Shown in pieces: positions 7,901 through 16,967 of a stretch of DNA of 64,000 nucleotides (within the stretch, counting starts at the first letter, position 1; every line of letters begins with the position of its first letter). A program made the position numbers and the translations under genes. The notes under the pieces were generated by a model. It worked only from the letters and a program-made list of their open reading frames with translations, did no database searches and was not told the DNA's origin. The stretch comes from a virus. Location: IMG/VR virus record IMGVR_UViG_3300025674_000031; one strand, 5' to 3'.

Positions 7901-7906
7901 TTTAGT

Positions 7907-8302
7907 TTACTCTTGACAGTCCTCTAAATCATAGCGAAAATAAGTATTTAAAATATGATCAGCAATATTCTTTGCCTGCTCTTCTTCTGGAACATCAAGC
8001 AAGCCTAAAGATGGCAGGTCGTAGCCGCCTAGCTTTGTATGAGACGTGAATTTCCTCGGCTTATTGACCTTGTTTTCAAGATATCCAATAGTCGAAACTC
8101 GAACGACTACATGCAGAGCCTCAACAGAACTAAGAGTAGATTCGGCTGAGTCGTCTCTCACAAGACGCCGTGTTCGGAACGGTCTTGTTACTGAAACCTC
8201 TATGGTACGTTTGGACTTGTCGTAAAGTGGGATATTATTAAATCGTTCTGTTAGAATTTCTTTTATAGCGTTTTTTCTTTTTTCTGTGGTGGGGTTTATC
8301 AT
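7907..8302 (-). CDS. Hypothetical protein
   Basis: Start overlaps the upstream stop at 8302. Confidence 0.6.
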   Translation of the reverse strand: MINPTTEKRKNAIKEILTERFNNIPLYDKSKRTIEVSVTRPFRTRRLVRDDSAESTLSSVEALHVVVRVSTIGYLENKVNKPRKFTSHTKLGGYDLPSLGLLDVPEEEQAKNIADHILNTYFRYDLEDCQE

Positions 8303-8643
8303 TAGTTGGTTTTCCAGAATATTTGAATCATTATCAGCAATACTGCTAAAAGATTGCTAATGAAGATCTTTGGTTCGAAAATAGACTCTTTGAGAAAAAC
8401 ATAGGTTAAAAAGGGAAAAGATATATATGAAAGGCCAAAGGCCATCAGCCTTGCCGACCATGCAGACCCTGTAACAGTGTAGACCTCTTTAGTCCCTAGC
8501 GTAAAACATACAGTTATAGGTATTGAAACCAACAACGCCAGCGTTATGGAATTTTGTCGAGGCCACTTCCAAACAAACTGAGCATTAGATGCAAACCACG
8601 CCAGTGTCTGACCAATGGTGTAATAAAAAAAAGCTTTGCTCAT
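8302..8643 (-). CDS. Small multi-pass membrane protein (DMT/SMR-like size and topology)
   Basis: 113 aa with about 4 hydrophobic helices and an AGGA RBS. Confidence 0.65.
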   Translation of the reverse strand: MSKAFFYYTIGQTLAWFASNAQFVWKWPRQNSITLALLVSIPITVCFTLGTKEVYTVTGSAWSARLMAFGLSYISFPFLTYVFLKESIFEPKIFISNLLAVLLIMIQIFWKTN

Positions 8644-8673
8644 TGTTTCCTATTTATTTAGAGGGGTTCTTCT

Positions 8674-9180
8674 ATGAAAGCTATAATTCATTTTTTTTCT
8701 AAAAAAGCGCATAGGCTCTTAGCCTTGATGCTCATTCTAGGAGGGGCCTGCTTGTATGTAAGCGAGCATGTAAAGCATGACTATAGGGTTTCAAGGGAAA
8801 ATAGAATACTAAATGAAGAAATAGGTAAACTATCCTCTTATATAGCTCTCTTGGAGAAAGAGTCTAGCAGGATTATAGCCCATGAAGCCGAGCTTGTCAA
8901 GTACAAAGAACAGAATTCTCCTGAAATCATTGAAGGTTTAAGAACTATTGCTGATATCATACACCCTAGAATCTTGCTGCTCAAGGCGGCACACAACAAT
9001 AACCACAAAATAGACTATGAGTCGTGTAAAATGGTCATGGATCGGTTTCGTCACCAAGCCGAGCATATTTTCAAAAATGAAGAATGGGCTCCCCATCAAA
9101 AGAAGTACCTCATCTCAGTTCTCTTATATGAACAAACATTCTTTGGAGCTGTCTGTCAAAATGTCGAGCCTCCTGTCTAA
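8674..9180 (+). CDS. Hypothetical protein with an N-terminal membrane anchor and coiled coil
   Basis: LLALMLILGGACLYV; GAGGGG RBS preceded by CTATTTATTTA. Confidence 0.6.
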   Translation: MKAIIHFFSKKAHRLLALMLILGGACLYVSEHVKHDYRVSRENRILNEEIGKLSSYIALLEKESSRIIAHEAELVKYKEQNSPEIIEGLRTIADIIHPRILLLKAAHNNNHKIDYESCKMVMDRFRHQAEHIFKNEEWAPHQKKYLISVLLYEQTFFGAVCQNVEPPV

Positions 9181-9214
9181 AATATGGACTATTTACCTTA
9201 GACGGAGAACCGAC

Positions 9215-9772
9215 ATGAAGATAAAATTGGGAAAGCTTAAGCGGCTGATCAAAGAAGAGGTTGAAAAAATCATAAATGAGTCTGCCAAGATTAATACTAG
9301 CGTATTGGAAAAATCTCTAACTAGAGATAGGCTTGGTAAATACAGAAAGTGTCAGCAGCCCGGATTTATTGGCTTAAAGAGAAATTGTATGGGAGAGACT
9401 GTCGCAAAACTTCAGGGAGCCATCAATCAATATTTCCTTGAAAAAGAACGAGTCTCTGATATGATTTCGGTAGATGGAATTTATGGAGAGTTAACTGCTG
9501 GAGCGTTAGGGTACATTGTTGCCATGACTAGTGAAGACGGCAACACTCCAAGGCTAGTGAACTCGGTCACCCCTGTTGTAGATAGAGAGTTGGCCAATAT
9601 CGAACAATCTGGGCAGGCCATAACCGCAGTAGCTAATGCTATCAACAGTATATCCAGAATGACTGCTTCCCCGAAAAAATCATCGGCAGAGGAACGAGCA
9701 GTTGACGCCGGCAAGCATCAGTTAGGTGTGGACATATCAAGACCTGAGGACTACATGCCTGCGTCTGACTAA
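9215..9772 (+). CDS. Protein with an LxE leader and a peptidoglycan-binding-like domain
   Basis: True start ATG 9215 (GGAGA RBS, ACTATTTACC motif at 9188); MKIKLGKLKRLIKEE..IINE; LKR..GETVAKLQ..VDGIYGELT. Confidence 0.65.
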   Translation: MKIKLGKLKRLIKEEVEKIINESAKINTSVLEKSLTRDRLGKYRKCQQPGFIGLKRNCMGETVAKLQGAINQYFLEKERVSDMISVDGIYGELTAGALGYIVAMTSEDGNTPRLVNSVTPVVDRELANIEQSGQAITAVANAINSISRMTASPKKSSAEERAVDAGKHQLGVDISRPEDYMPASD

Positions 9773-9773
9773 T

Positions 9774-10661
9774 ATGAATCCAATCGCACAATTAAAAAAA
9801 GTAATAGAGGAGTCTTTAGAGACAACTATACCTAGCAAACCCTCCTCTAAAAAGCTATTCTTGAACAATGAGGATAGAGTTTCATCTATAAACAACAATT
9901 TAAGGGTCATGCTCGACACCTTTCAAAAAAGCTACGCATTTAGAAGCATAATAGCGTCCTCTTGGAGCGAAGATCATGATGTTTTTAACGAGAAAGAGTT
10001 GTCTGCTGGCGATGGAGAAAAATTTATTAATTGGCTCGTAAGATACAACTCTATTTTTCAAAAAGTTAATCTAGAAAGGTTCCTTGGCGCAGGCTCGTTT
10101 GGAGCTGTTTGGCTCCTAGACAATGACCACGTCCTAAAGGTATTTTCAGGTTCGCTTGACAATGAGGCCCATGACCATACAGCCGCCAAAGATCGAACAA
10201 GGTATGACATGGAAGCCGATAAGCTGTTCTCAGGACTTGGCTCTAACACCAATCTAATGGTATATGATCATGGTAGATTGAAAACCATGAACGGTAAAAC
10301 AATGTATTGGGTCGAGATGCAAAAAGTCGATATGTTGATAGACGTTGTTGCTGTTGCAAACAATAAAACTAGCGATAGAGACAAGTTCTATCTGGAAGAT
10401 GAACTACAGGAAATAATTGTAACTATTAAGTCAAAAATACGGCATAGTTCTGAGTCGGATGAACATAAACTAGTTCTGTCCATTAAAGACTGGATAAAGA
10501 GGTTGTATACCATTGTTCCAGATAGACTGCTCTTAAGTTTGATTAGCGAAATGGTAAAAGTGGCAAAAAACGAGGGCGTTTCTGAGCTGGCCGATGTCAG
10601 GACAGTGAACATAGGCGTAAGCCCTAGTGATCCTAATTCAGTTGTGCTGTTTGATAGATAA
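9774..10661 (+). CDS. Protein kinase-like fold protein
   Basis: LGAGSFGAVW Gly-loop, VLK lysine, ADVRTVN catalytic-loop-like segment and VLFD (DFG-like); start ATG 9774 after the 9772 stop. Confidence 0.7.
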   Translation: MNPIAQLKKVIEESLETTIPSKPSSKKLFLNNEDRVSSINNNLRVMLDTFQKSYAFRSIIASSWSEDHDVFNEKELSAGDGEKFINWLVRYNSIFQKVNLERFLGAGSFGAVWLLDNDHVLKVFSGSLDNEAHDHTAAKDRTRYDMEADKLFSGLGSNTNLMVYDHGRLKTMNGKTMYWVEMQKVDMLIDVVAVANNKTSDRDKFYLEDELQEIIVTIKSKIRHSSESDEHKLVLSIKDWIKRLYTIVPDRLLLSLISEMVKVAKNEGVSELADVRTVNIGVSPSDPNSVVLFDR

Positions 10662-10666
10662 TTCAA

Positions 10667-10972
10667 CTAGTGTAGCCTTACAGACACAAGCTCAGACAAT
10701 TCTTTTTCAATCGCAGCCGCATCTAGTAGATTAGAATATAGCACTTTTAGCTTTTCTTGATCACCATATACGTTTGTGCTTATGTAGCCTTTATCATCTT
10801 TTAAGATCTCTGAGAGGTTTTCTGAGCATATCATCATAGCAACGAACAACTCGCACAAAAGCAGCAAAGTTCTTTCCCCACCTACTGTATCGTAATCGGC
10901 AAGTAAATACTTGACTCTTTTCTTAACAGTGGTCAGTGCTGTGGCAATTGCAAATAAAGAAGTAATATTCAT
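10667..10972 (-). CDS. Hypothetical protein
   Basis: GGAGA RBS; fills the gap between flanking genes. Confidence 0.55.
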   Translation of the reverse strand: MNITSLFAIATALTTVKKRVKYLLADYDTVGGERTLLLLCELFVAMMICSENLSEILKDDKGYISTNVYGDQEKLKVLYSNLLDAAAIEKELSELVSVRLH

Positions 10973-11015
10973 GTTGTCTCCAAGCTAGTTATAGTGTAGC
11001 ATTTTTGGTAAAAAA

Positions 11016-11228
11016 GTGAAGACGTTTAAAGAACTAAATTTAGAGATCGAAGGATTAAAAAGCAAACTACAAGAACTTGAAGACGAAAATGCCTCACTTT
11101 GGTTCTTATTAGATGAGTTAGAGAAGTCCAACATTGCAAATCCAGAATATCGAGAGTTATTTAAAGGTGTTTATGATAAATTGCGTTTTCAAAGCTTGAT
11201 GACAACTACCTCAGAGGGTGAGGCTTAA
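11016..11228 (+). CDS. Small coiled-coil hypothetical protein
   Basis: Heptad pattern; stop overlaps the Nudix start. Confidence 0.55.
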   Translation: MKTFKELNLEIEGLKSKLQELEDENASLWFLLDELEKSNIANPEYRELFKGVYDKLRFQSLMTTTSEGEA

Positions 11229-11692
11229 TGTACAGCGAAGTTGATTCGCAAGGAAGGCAGTTTTCAGCCCTCGTTGTGTTAAAGAGAGGTGATGAATTTT
11301 TACTTCTTTTAAGACCGGTTGGAATGAATATCAAATTTCCCAATATGTGGTCTTTTCCCGGTGGTGGATCTGAAAAAGGAGAAGAACCTCTACAGACAGC
11401 CATTAGAGAAGTTTATGAAGAGACTGGTTTAAGAGTATATCCTCAAGATTTAAAAATCTTATACCAAACAAAGGGCCCTGATGATAAAAAGAATGTTTAT
11501 TTCTTTGCTTGTGAGAAATGGGAAGGGAAAATAGACCAAAACAAAGTCAAGTCTGAGCATCAGAAATCTGAATGGGTCAAACTTTCAGACATGAAAAACT
11601 ATAAAATGCCTCCGAATAATTTAAACTTAATGAAAAGATTAGCTAACAAAACACTAATTGGTAAAAAAATTAAACTAATTATTAAACGATGA
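11228..11692 (+). CDS. Nudix hydrolase
   Basis: Nudix box [23 protein letters not shown]. Confidence 0.92.
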   Translation: MYSEVDSQGRQFSALVVLKRGDEFLLLLRPVGMNIKFPNMWSFPGGGSEKGEEPLQTAIREVYEETGLRVYPQDLKILYQTKGPDDKKNVYFFACEKWEGKIDQNKVKSEHQKSEWVKLSDMKNYKMPPNNLNLMKRLANKTLIGKKIKLIIKR

Positions 11693-12084
11693 ATATTAAA
11701 ATAAAAGTATCCAAAAAATTTAAATGTCCTCCAGCGACTCAAGATATAAACTTGAATTTAAAAAATCGCAACAAAGCTATTAAAGAGCAAAACTACGGAC
11801 CACCAGACCCATCTAAACCAAATGAAAAGTTTTGGGCTGCAAAGATGGAGATGTGGAACGTTGATTCCGAAGAAGAATTAAAAGATATGATTTGTGGAAC
11901 TTGTGCTGCTTTCAATCTTAAAAAGAAAATGCAGTCTTGTATAGCAGAAGGCATTGGTGATGAAGGTGAACCATGGGCAACAATTGATGCTGGAAGGGTT
12001 GGATATTGTCAGTTTTTAAAATTTAAGTGTGCTGCTAAAAGAACATGTGATGCTTGGGTCTCAGGTGGACCAATCGAGGATTAA
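11689..12084 (+). CDS. Cys-rich conserved phage hypothetical protein
   Basis: [36 protein letters not shown]; ACTAATTATT motif at 11674. Confidence 0.75.
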   Translation: MNIKIKVSKKFKCPPATQDINLNLKNRNKAIKEQNYGPPDPSKPNEKFWAAKMEMWNVDSEEELKDMICGTCAAFNLKKKMQSCIAEGIGDEGEPWATIDAGRVGYCQFLKFKCAAKRTCDAWVSGGPIED

Positions 12085-12085
12085 A

Positions 12086-12499
12086 ATGCCCTACACTACT
12101 ATAGAAAGAAAGTGTAAAACGGAAAGTGGCAAAAGTGGCACTCATGTTATATACAAGAAAAGTGGTGAAAAACTAACTAGAGTTGGCGGCACTTCAGATC
12201 CAGATGGTGCAATTAAAGCAAGATATGCAGCAGAGACGCAAACTATCAAAAAAAATCAATTAATGGAAACTATTGAAGAGTTAGTTTATGAAGAATTGGC
12301 TGCGATAGTAGAGAAAAGAAAAAAACGCAAATCAAAACGCAAATCAAAACGCAAGAAGAAAAAGAAGACTAAAAGAGACGCTTGCTATTACAAAGTTAAG
12401 GCTCGCTACTCAGTGTTCCCTTCTGCTTATGCGTCTGGTGCCTTAGTAAAGTGTCGCAAAGTTGGTGCTAAAAACTGGGGAAATAAATCTAAAAAATGA
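12086..12499 (+). CDS. Basic protein with a DACYxKVK..PSAYASGALVKCR domain
   Basis: Start ATG 12086 preferred; poly-Lys/Arg tract before a Cys domain I recall from T4-like marine phages. Confidence 0.7.
   Translation: MPYTTIERKCKTESGKSGTHVIYKKSGEKLTRVGGTSDPDGAIKARYAAETQTIKKNQLMETIEELVYEELAAIVEKRKKRKSKRKSKRKKKKKTKRDACYYKVKARYSVFPSAYASGALVKCRKVGAKNWGNKSKK
12322..12354 (+). repeat. 12-bp tandem repeat, about 2.75 copies (KRKS)
   Basis: AAAACGCAAATC twice plus a partial copy. Confidence 0.85.
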
Positions 12500-12942
12500 A
12501 AGAAAAGCTTACCAAAAAGGAAAAGCCCAAGTTGAAAAAAATAAAAATTAAACTTAAAAAGTCTGCTACCGAACATGCAAAGCAGGCTAGACAGGCAACA
12601 GATATTGCAAAAGCTTCAGAAAAATCATCTGAACTTCATAATCAACAAGTAGACGTAATAGATAAAATACTTGATGAGAAAAAAAAGAAAAGAAAGAAGG
12701 CTGGCACTGAATCAAGTAAAGAAAGTTCGCTAAGAGATTGGTTTAAACGTAAAGGTGCTCCCGGTAAAAAGGGAGGTTGGGTGGACTGCAATACTTGCCG
12801 TAACGGAAAATGCAAGCCATGCGGCAGAAAAAAAGGCGAAAAGAGGGCAAAATACCCTTCGTGCCGGCCCACTCCTGCTGCGTGCAAAGAAAAAGGTCGA
12901 GGCAAGTCTTGGGGAAAGAAATCAGCAAAAGGTAAAAAATAA
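12496..12942 (+). CDS. Basic Cys-rich phage protein
   Basis: SLRDWF..WVDC..CKPCGR..KYPSCRPTP. Confidence 0.7.
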   Translation: MKEKLTKKEKPKLKKIKIKLKKSATEHAKQARQATDIAKASEKSSELHNQQVDVIDKILDEKKKKRKKAGTESSKESSLRDWFKRKGAPGKKGGWVDCNTCRNGKCKPCGRKKGEKRAKYPSCRPTPAACKEKGRGKSWGKKSAKGKK

Positions 12943-13595
12943 TGAATAAGAAATGGAACGACTTTAAAATAAACAAAAAAGAAGACTCGGCTGCACTAAT
13001 AGACGCAGCCCTATCTAGAGAGCAGGAAATGGACTCCCTTATACAGGAAACCCGGCAAATATTTGAAGACGCCATCTCAGAAAATTTAGCCTATCATATA
13101 AAGAATAAAATCAGCATCTCAGAAAATATCTTTCGACCCTCATCCAAAGCGGACTTAGAACTTATAAACGAAGCACGCAATCTCTGGAAAAAAGGCTTAT
13201 ACCATGCTAATGAAGATGAAGAAGAATTATTTAAGTCAGACGTAGGTCTAGTTGGAGTCTATGAAGGGAAAAAAGTGCTACTGGATATGCCAATGTTGAT
13301 TAAAGAAAAAAAAGTTAAAGAAAAAAAAGACCCTCCTTTGAACAAGCCAAAGCGTAATTCTGGCGGTAAAAAGTATAAAGTATATGTCCGTGACCCTAAA
13401 ACAAAAAATATCAAGAAAATTACCTATGGAGATTCATCTGGGGGCCTAAAGGGCAATTGGAATGATTCCGATGCACGGGCGTCTTTTGCTAAAAGACATA
13501 AATGCTCTGAAAAGAAAGATAAGACGAAAGCAGGTTACTGGGCCTGTCGAGCACACAAGGACTTTGGCGAAGATGTACCCGGAAGATTTTGGTAA
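12942..13595 (+). CDS. Basic conserved phage protein
   Basis: PLNKPKR..KKYKVYV..ARASFAKRHKC..AGYWACR. Confidence 0.75.
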   Translation: MNKKWNDFKINKKEDSAALIDAALSREQEMDSLIQETRQIFEDAISENLAYHIKNKISISENIFRPSSKADLELINEARNLWKKGLYHANEDEEELFKSDVGLVGVYEGKKVLLDMPMLIKEKKVKEKKDPPLNKPKRNSGGKKYKVYVRDPKTKNIKKITYGDSSGGLKGNWNDSDARASFAKRHKCSEKKDKTKAGYWACRAHKDFGEDVPGRFW

Positions 13596-13869
13596 GGTTC
13601 CAGCCCTACCTTTCAGCCAAGTTATATTAGATAATGGCGTCATATTAAGAGAATTTAGCAGTTCTGTCCCAGTAAAAGAACTAGTCTGGCACATGGATGA
13701 AAAAGACAGGCATGTATTAGTCTTGGAAAGCGATGGGTGGTGTTTTCAAATGGATAATGAACTACCTCAAAAACTTTACAAGGGAGCAAAGCTCTTTATA
13801 CCAAAAATGACTTGGCACAGAGTAATTAAAGGTAGAGGGCCGTTCGTAATATCTATTAAAGAAAGCTAA
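13573..13869 (+). CDS. Small cupin-like phage protein (start uncertain)
   Basis: ELVWHMDEKDR..QMDNELP..IPKMTWHRVIKG; the track start at 13462 overlaps the upstream gene too far. Confidence 0.6.
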   Translation: MYPEDFGKVPALPFSQVILDNGVILREFSSSVPVKELVWHMDEKDRHVLVLESDGWCFQMDNELPQKLYKGAKLFIPKMTWHRVIKGRGPFVISIKES

Positions 13870-14564
13870 TGTCAAATTATTTAGATTTTAAATCAAAAGG
13901 CAAATTACATCCTAAGTTCTGGGATGAGGATGACAAACTCTCAACCTCAGTAAAATCTGCCTTGATGATCATTGCAGAAGAGTTCTTAGGTTTTTTAGGA
14001 ATTGACAACATCCAGTATGACGATATTAGATTTACAGGAAGTTTAGCAAACCTTGTTTATCATCCTGCTAGCGATATAGACCTTCATATTGTTGTTGATT
14101 ATGATAAAATCAACGAATATAAAGATGTGCTTAGAGAGCTCTTTTCAGCTAAAGCAGCTCTTTGGAACCAAAAGCATGATATAAAGATAAGGGGCCATGA
14201 AGTTGAGATTTATGTAGAGGATATATCCGAGCCTCACCACTCAACAGGTGTATACAGTATACTTAATGATGCATGGATCTCGTTTCCATCTGACCGAGCA
14301 GCAATATATGATATGGCTGCCCTTACAAAAAAAGTTTACCGCTATAGACGAAAAATAGAGTTCTTGCTTCGCAGGAAGCACCCAACACATTCTCAAGTTA
14401 ATCGATTAATCAAAAAAATCAAATCAATGAGGTCAACGGGTCTAAAAAAAGACGGTCCCGCATCCATAGAGAACTTAACTTTCAAAGCTTTGCGGCGGGC
14501 TGGGCTACTTGATGATTTATTTGACCTCAAGAACAGATTATATGATGAAAAATTTACTATTTAA
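13869..14564 (+). CDS. Pol-beta superfamily nucleotidyltransferase
   Basis: FTGSLAN..ASDIDLHIV (GS..DxD) plus EVEIYVED. Confidence 0.8.
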   Translation: MSNYLDFKSKGKLHPKFWDEDDKLSTSVKSALMIIAEEFLGFLGIDNIQYDDIRFTGSLANLVYHPASDIDLHIVVDYDKINEYKDVLRELFSAKAALWNQKHDIKIRGHEVEIYVEDISEPHHSTGVYSILNDAWISFPSDRAAIYDMAALTKKVYRYRRKIEFLLRRKHPTHSQVNRLIKKIKSMRSTGLKKDGPASIENLTFKALRRAGLLDDLFDLKNRLYDEKFTI

Positions 14565-14567
14565 TAT

Positions 14568-16955
14568 ATGAGCGACACTCCTTGGTATAAAAGAACCTAC
14601 GAAAGAGATACAAAAAATCGTAATGCCCTATTAGGCAAAAGAAAAGCCTCTAATAAGGGCTGGGAAGCGTACCCTGCTCGGCGGCCAGTAGATGAGCTTA
14701 GTGCTCCACCGATTACGGAAGGTGTCGCCGCCGATGTAGGCCATGTTCTTTTAGATGGTCTGGGGGTGATAGGCGATTTCTTCTACGGCTCTGGAGCAAT
14801 ATTCGACGCTGCTAATATGGTCTGGTACGCCAAAGAAGCACTTGAATATTATTCTGAGTTTGAAAAAACAGGTTACAGTGCCGTCAGTTTGCTAGCGAAA
14901 GCTGAACTGGGGTCGGTAGATCCAAGGGAAGCAGGTAAACTGAAACATGCGAGCGGTCTGTTAAGTAAAGCCCTAACCGCAGCCCTGTATAGTGCTCTTT
15001 CTGGTATTTCGATATTCCCCGGAGTCGGTGATCTGGCCGGTAAAAGTATAAAGTATACATTTAAGTCTCTTGATTTAATGCCTAAATTTATTTCTAGAGG
15101 CGCTGCAATGCTGGGCAAGCACCCGGAGAAACTAAACAAAGTCCTAACTGCTGCCGTTGATAAACGCATGATGACCACTGAGGAGGCGATTAAATTTATT
15201 GATATTATAGATGGGGCCAAAGTTGTAGCAAAAGAAGAGCTAAAAAACCCTCACATAGTAAGAAGAATGTTCGATATGGCCTCGGGGAGCTTTAAATTCG
15301 CAAGAGGCACACACAAATTCGCATCCGGCGCAGCCAAAGCAAGCGGAGAATTTGTTAGCAAGGCTACCCTTGGATCTGCCGCTAAAAGAACTTTAGGAGT
15401 TGTAGGAGAAATTGGTAAGTATAAGAAACTAACATCTCAGGCAGGGGAACTAGTAGACCCTGAAAAAAACGATACTCTCAAAGACACTCTCTCCAAGACT
15501 ATTGATCCTACTAATAAAGAAAGCGAAGTGTCAAAGCTTGTTAATAAGTTTGCAGGTGAAGGTATAGATGTTGCCAGCCTAACAAAGATGATATCATCTG
15601 ACAATGCTATTTCAACTATTGGGCAAGTGCTTTTAGCAATTTTTGCAATTAGTGGTGTATTAATAGGGAAACTTTTCTCAAGTGCATTTAACTTAATTCC
15701 CGATGCACCGACTATTTTGAAAAAATACAATAGCCCTTCTATTTATCCGGGCGGCGTTGCCATTCTCGCTGGTGACAGCCAAATGGCCGGTGGAATTGGT
15801 AAAGTTCTTGAGTCGGAACTGAGTTCTCGTGGTACCACAGTAATTGGAGGTCCGGGTAGCTCTTTGGCCCGTCCCGGTCGAAGCATCGGGCAGATGACTA
15901 ACGACAGCAGCTTCTTTGAAACACTGGAAAAAACCCAAGAACAAGTCGGGAACACCGACCGACAACTCAATGAAGCAGTAAAAGCGTCTCAGCGACTAAG
16001 CGTTGTCTTGAACTTGGGAGGCAATGGCCCAACATCAGGAGCGGCCAGCTTGGTTCAAAAAATCCACAAGATCTCTCCAAAGGCTCTTATTATTTTTTTA
16101 GGACCACCACCGCCAGTAGTAAGCAAATCAGGCTCTAAGAAATATTTAAAATTATTCAAAGAAAGGGAAGAGAAGAACAGAAGACTTGAAAGCCAGCTAA
16201 GTGTATTTCCTTATGTTAAATTTGTAGATCCTTACGACTATGTTCTCCCCTACTATAAAAAGGGCGGCGACGGCCTGCATATGCCGGAACCTATAGCCAA
16301 GAAATATATTTCAGACGTTTTGTCTAATATGCCACCAAGAATGTCCGACCCTGCGTCGATGCAAAGGCTCTTGTCCAAGCAGGATAAAGGATTTTCTCAA
16401 AGTACAAGTTCAGATTTAAAATTAAATGCTAATTTAAGCGGGGAACAGCTTGTAAACTTAAGAATTATATACAATTCCCTAACAAGTTACGGGTTCTCTG
16501 ACTTGATTGCTAAAGCCGCAATTGTTAATGCTTACGCCGAGTCTAGATTAAGATCAGAAGCGGTAGGAGATTCAGGTAATTCAATTGGCTTGTTCCAAGT
16601 CCATAGAAATGGCGCAGGGACACTGGTAAGCAAAAACAACCCAAAACTTGCTAACGAGTTCAATAAAACAAGAGAACTTTACAAAAGAATAAGGCCCGGC
16701 AAGTTTAATAAATCTTTTGCAGATAGTCGTCTTGCCTCGGGCGATATTCGATTCAGCCCTGAGCAAAATACAGCTATTATAGCTAAAGAGCTACAAGGCG
16801 GATTCGGCAGAAGGTTCCAGAACGAGCTTCAAGGAGTAGACGACATCCCCACCGCAGCCGCCCTATTTTCTAAGTATATTGAGCGACCAAAGGATAAAGA
16901 ACTTGCCATGAAGAAGAGGTACCAGCTAGCTAAAAAAATGTTTTCGGCAGCTTAG
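14568..16955 (+). CDS. Multidomain protein: PT-TG-like helical region, SGNH/GDSL hydrolase and phage tail lysozyme-like domain
   Basis: LDGLGVIGD..DAAN..IFPGVGD; LAGDSQM..LGGN..DGLH; AIVNAYAES..GDSGNSIGLFQ..YIERP; ACTATTTAAT motif at 14556. Confidence 0.7.
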   Translation: MSDTPWYKRTYERDTKNRNALLGKRKASNKGWEAYPARRPVDELSAPPITEGVAADVGHVLLDGLGVIGDFFYGSGAIFDAANMVWYAKEALEYYSEFEKTGYSAVSLLAKAELGSVDPREAGKLKHASGLLSKALTAALYSALSGISIFPGVGDLAGKSIKYTFKSLDLMPKFISRGAAMLGKHPEKLNKVLTAAVDKRMMTTEEAIKFIDIIDGAKVVAKEELKNPHIVRRMFDMASGSFKFARGTHKFASGAAKASGEFVSKATLGSAAKRTLGVVGEIGKYKKLTSQAGELVDPEKNDTLKDTLSKTIDPTNKESEVSKLVNKFAGEGIDVASLTKMISSDNAISTIGQVLLAIFAISGVLIGKLFSSAFNLIPDAPTILKKYNSPSIYPGGVAILAGDSQMAGGIGKVLESELSSRGTTVIGGPGSSLARPGRSIGQMTNDSSFFETLEKTQEQVGNTDRQLNEAVKASQRLSVVLNLGGNGPTSGAASLVQKIHKISPKALIIFLGPPPPVVSKSGSKKYLKLFKEREEKNRRLESQLSVFPYVKFVDPYDYVLPYYKKGGDGLHMPEPIAKKYISDVLSNMPPRMSDPASMQRLLSKQDKGFSQSTSSDLKLNANLSGEQLVNLRIIYNSLTSYGFSDLIAKAAIVNAYAESRLRSEAVGDSGNSIGLFQVHRNGAGTLVSKNNPKLANEFNKTRELYKRIRPGKFNKSFADSRLASGDIRFSPEQNTAIIAKELQGGFGRRFQNELQGVDDIPTAAALFSKYIERPKDKELAMKKRYQLAKKMFSAA

Positions 16956-16967
16956 CCACTATTTATC

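Noticed and set aside
12300-12720. Eukaryotic nuclear localisation signals implying a giant virus
   Set aside because: Shine-Dalgarno sites, sigma70 promoters, overlapping operons and peptidoglycan enzymes all point to a bacterial host.
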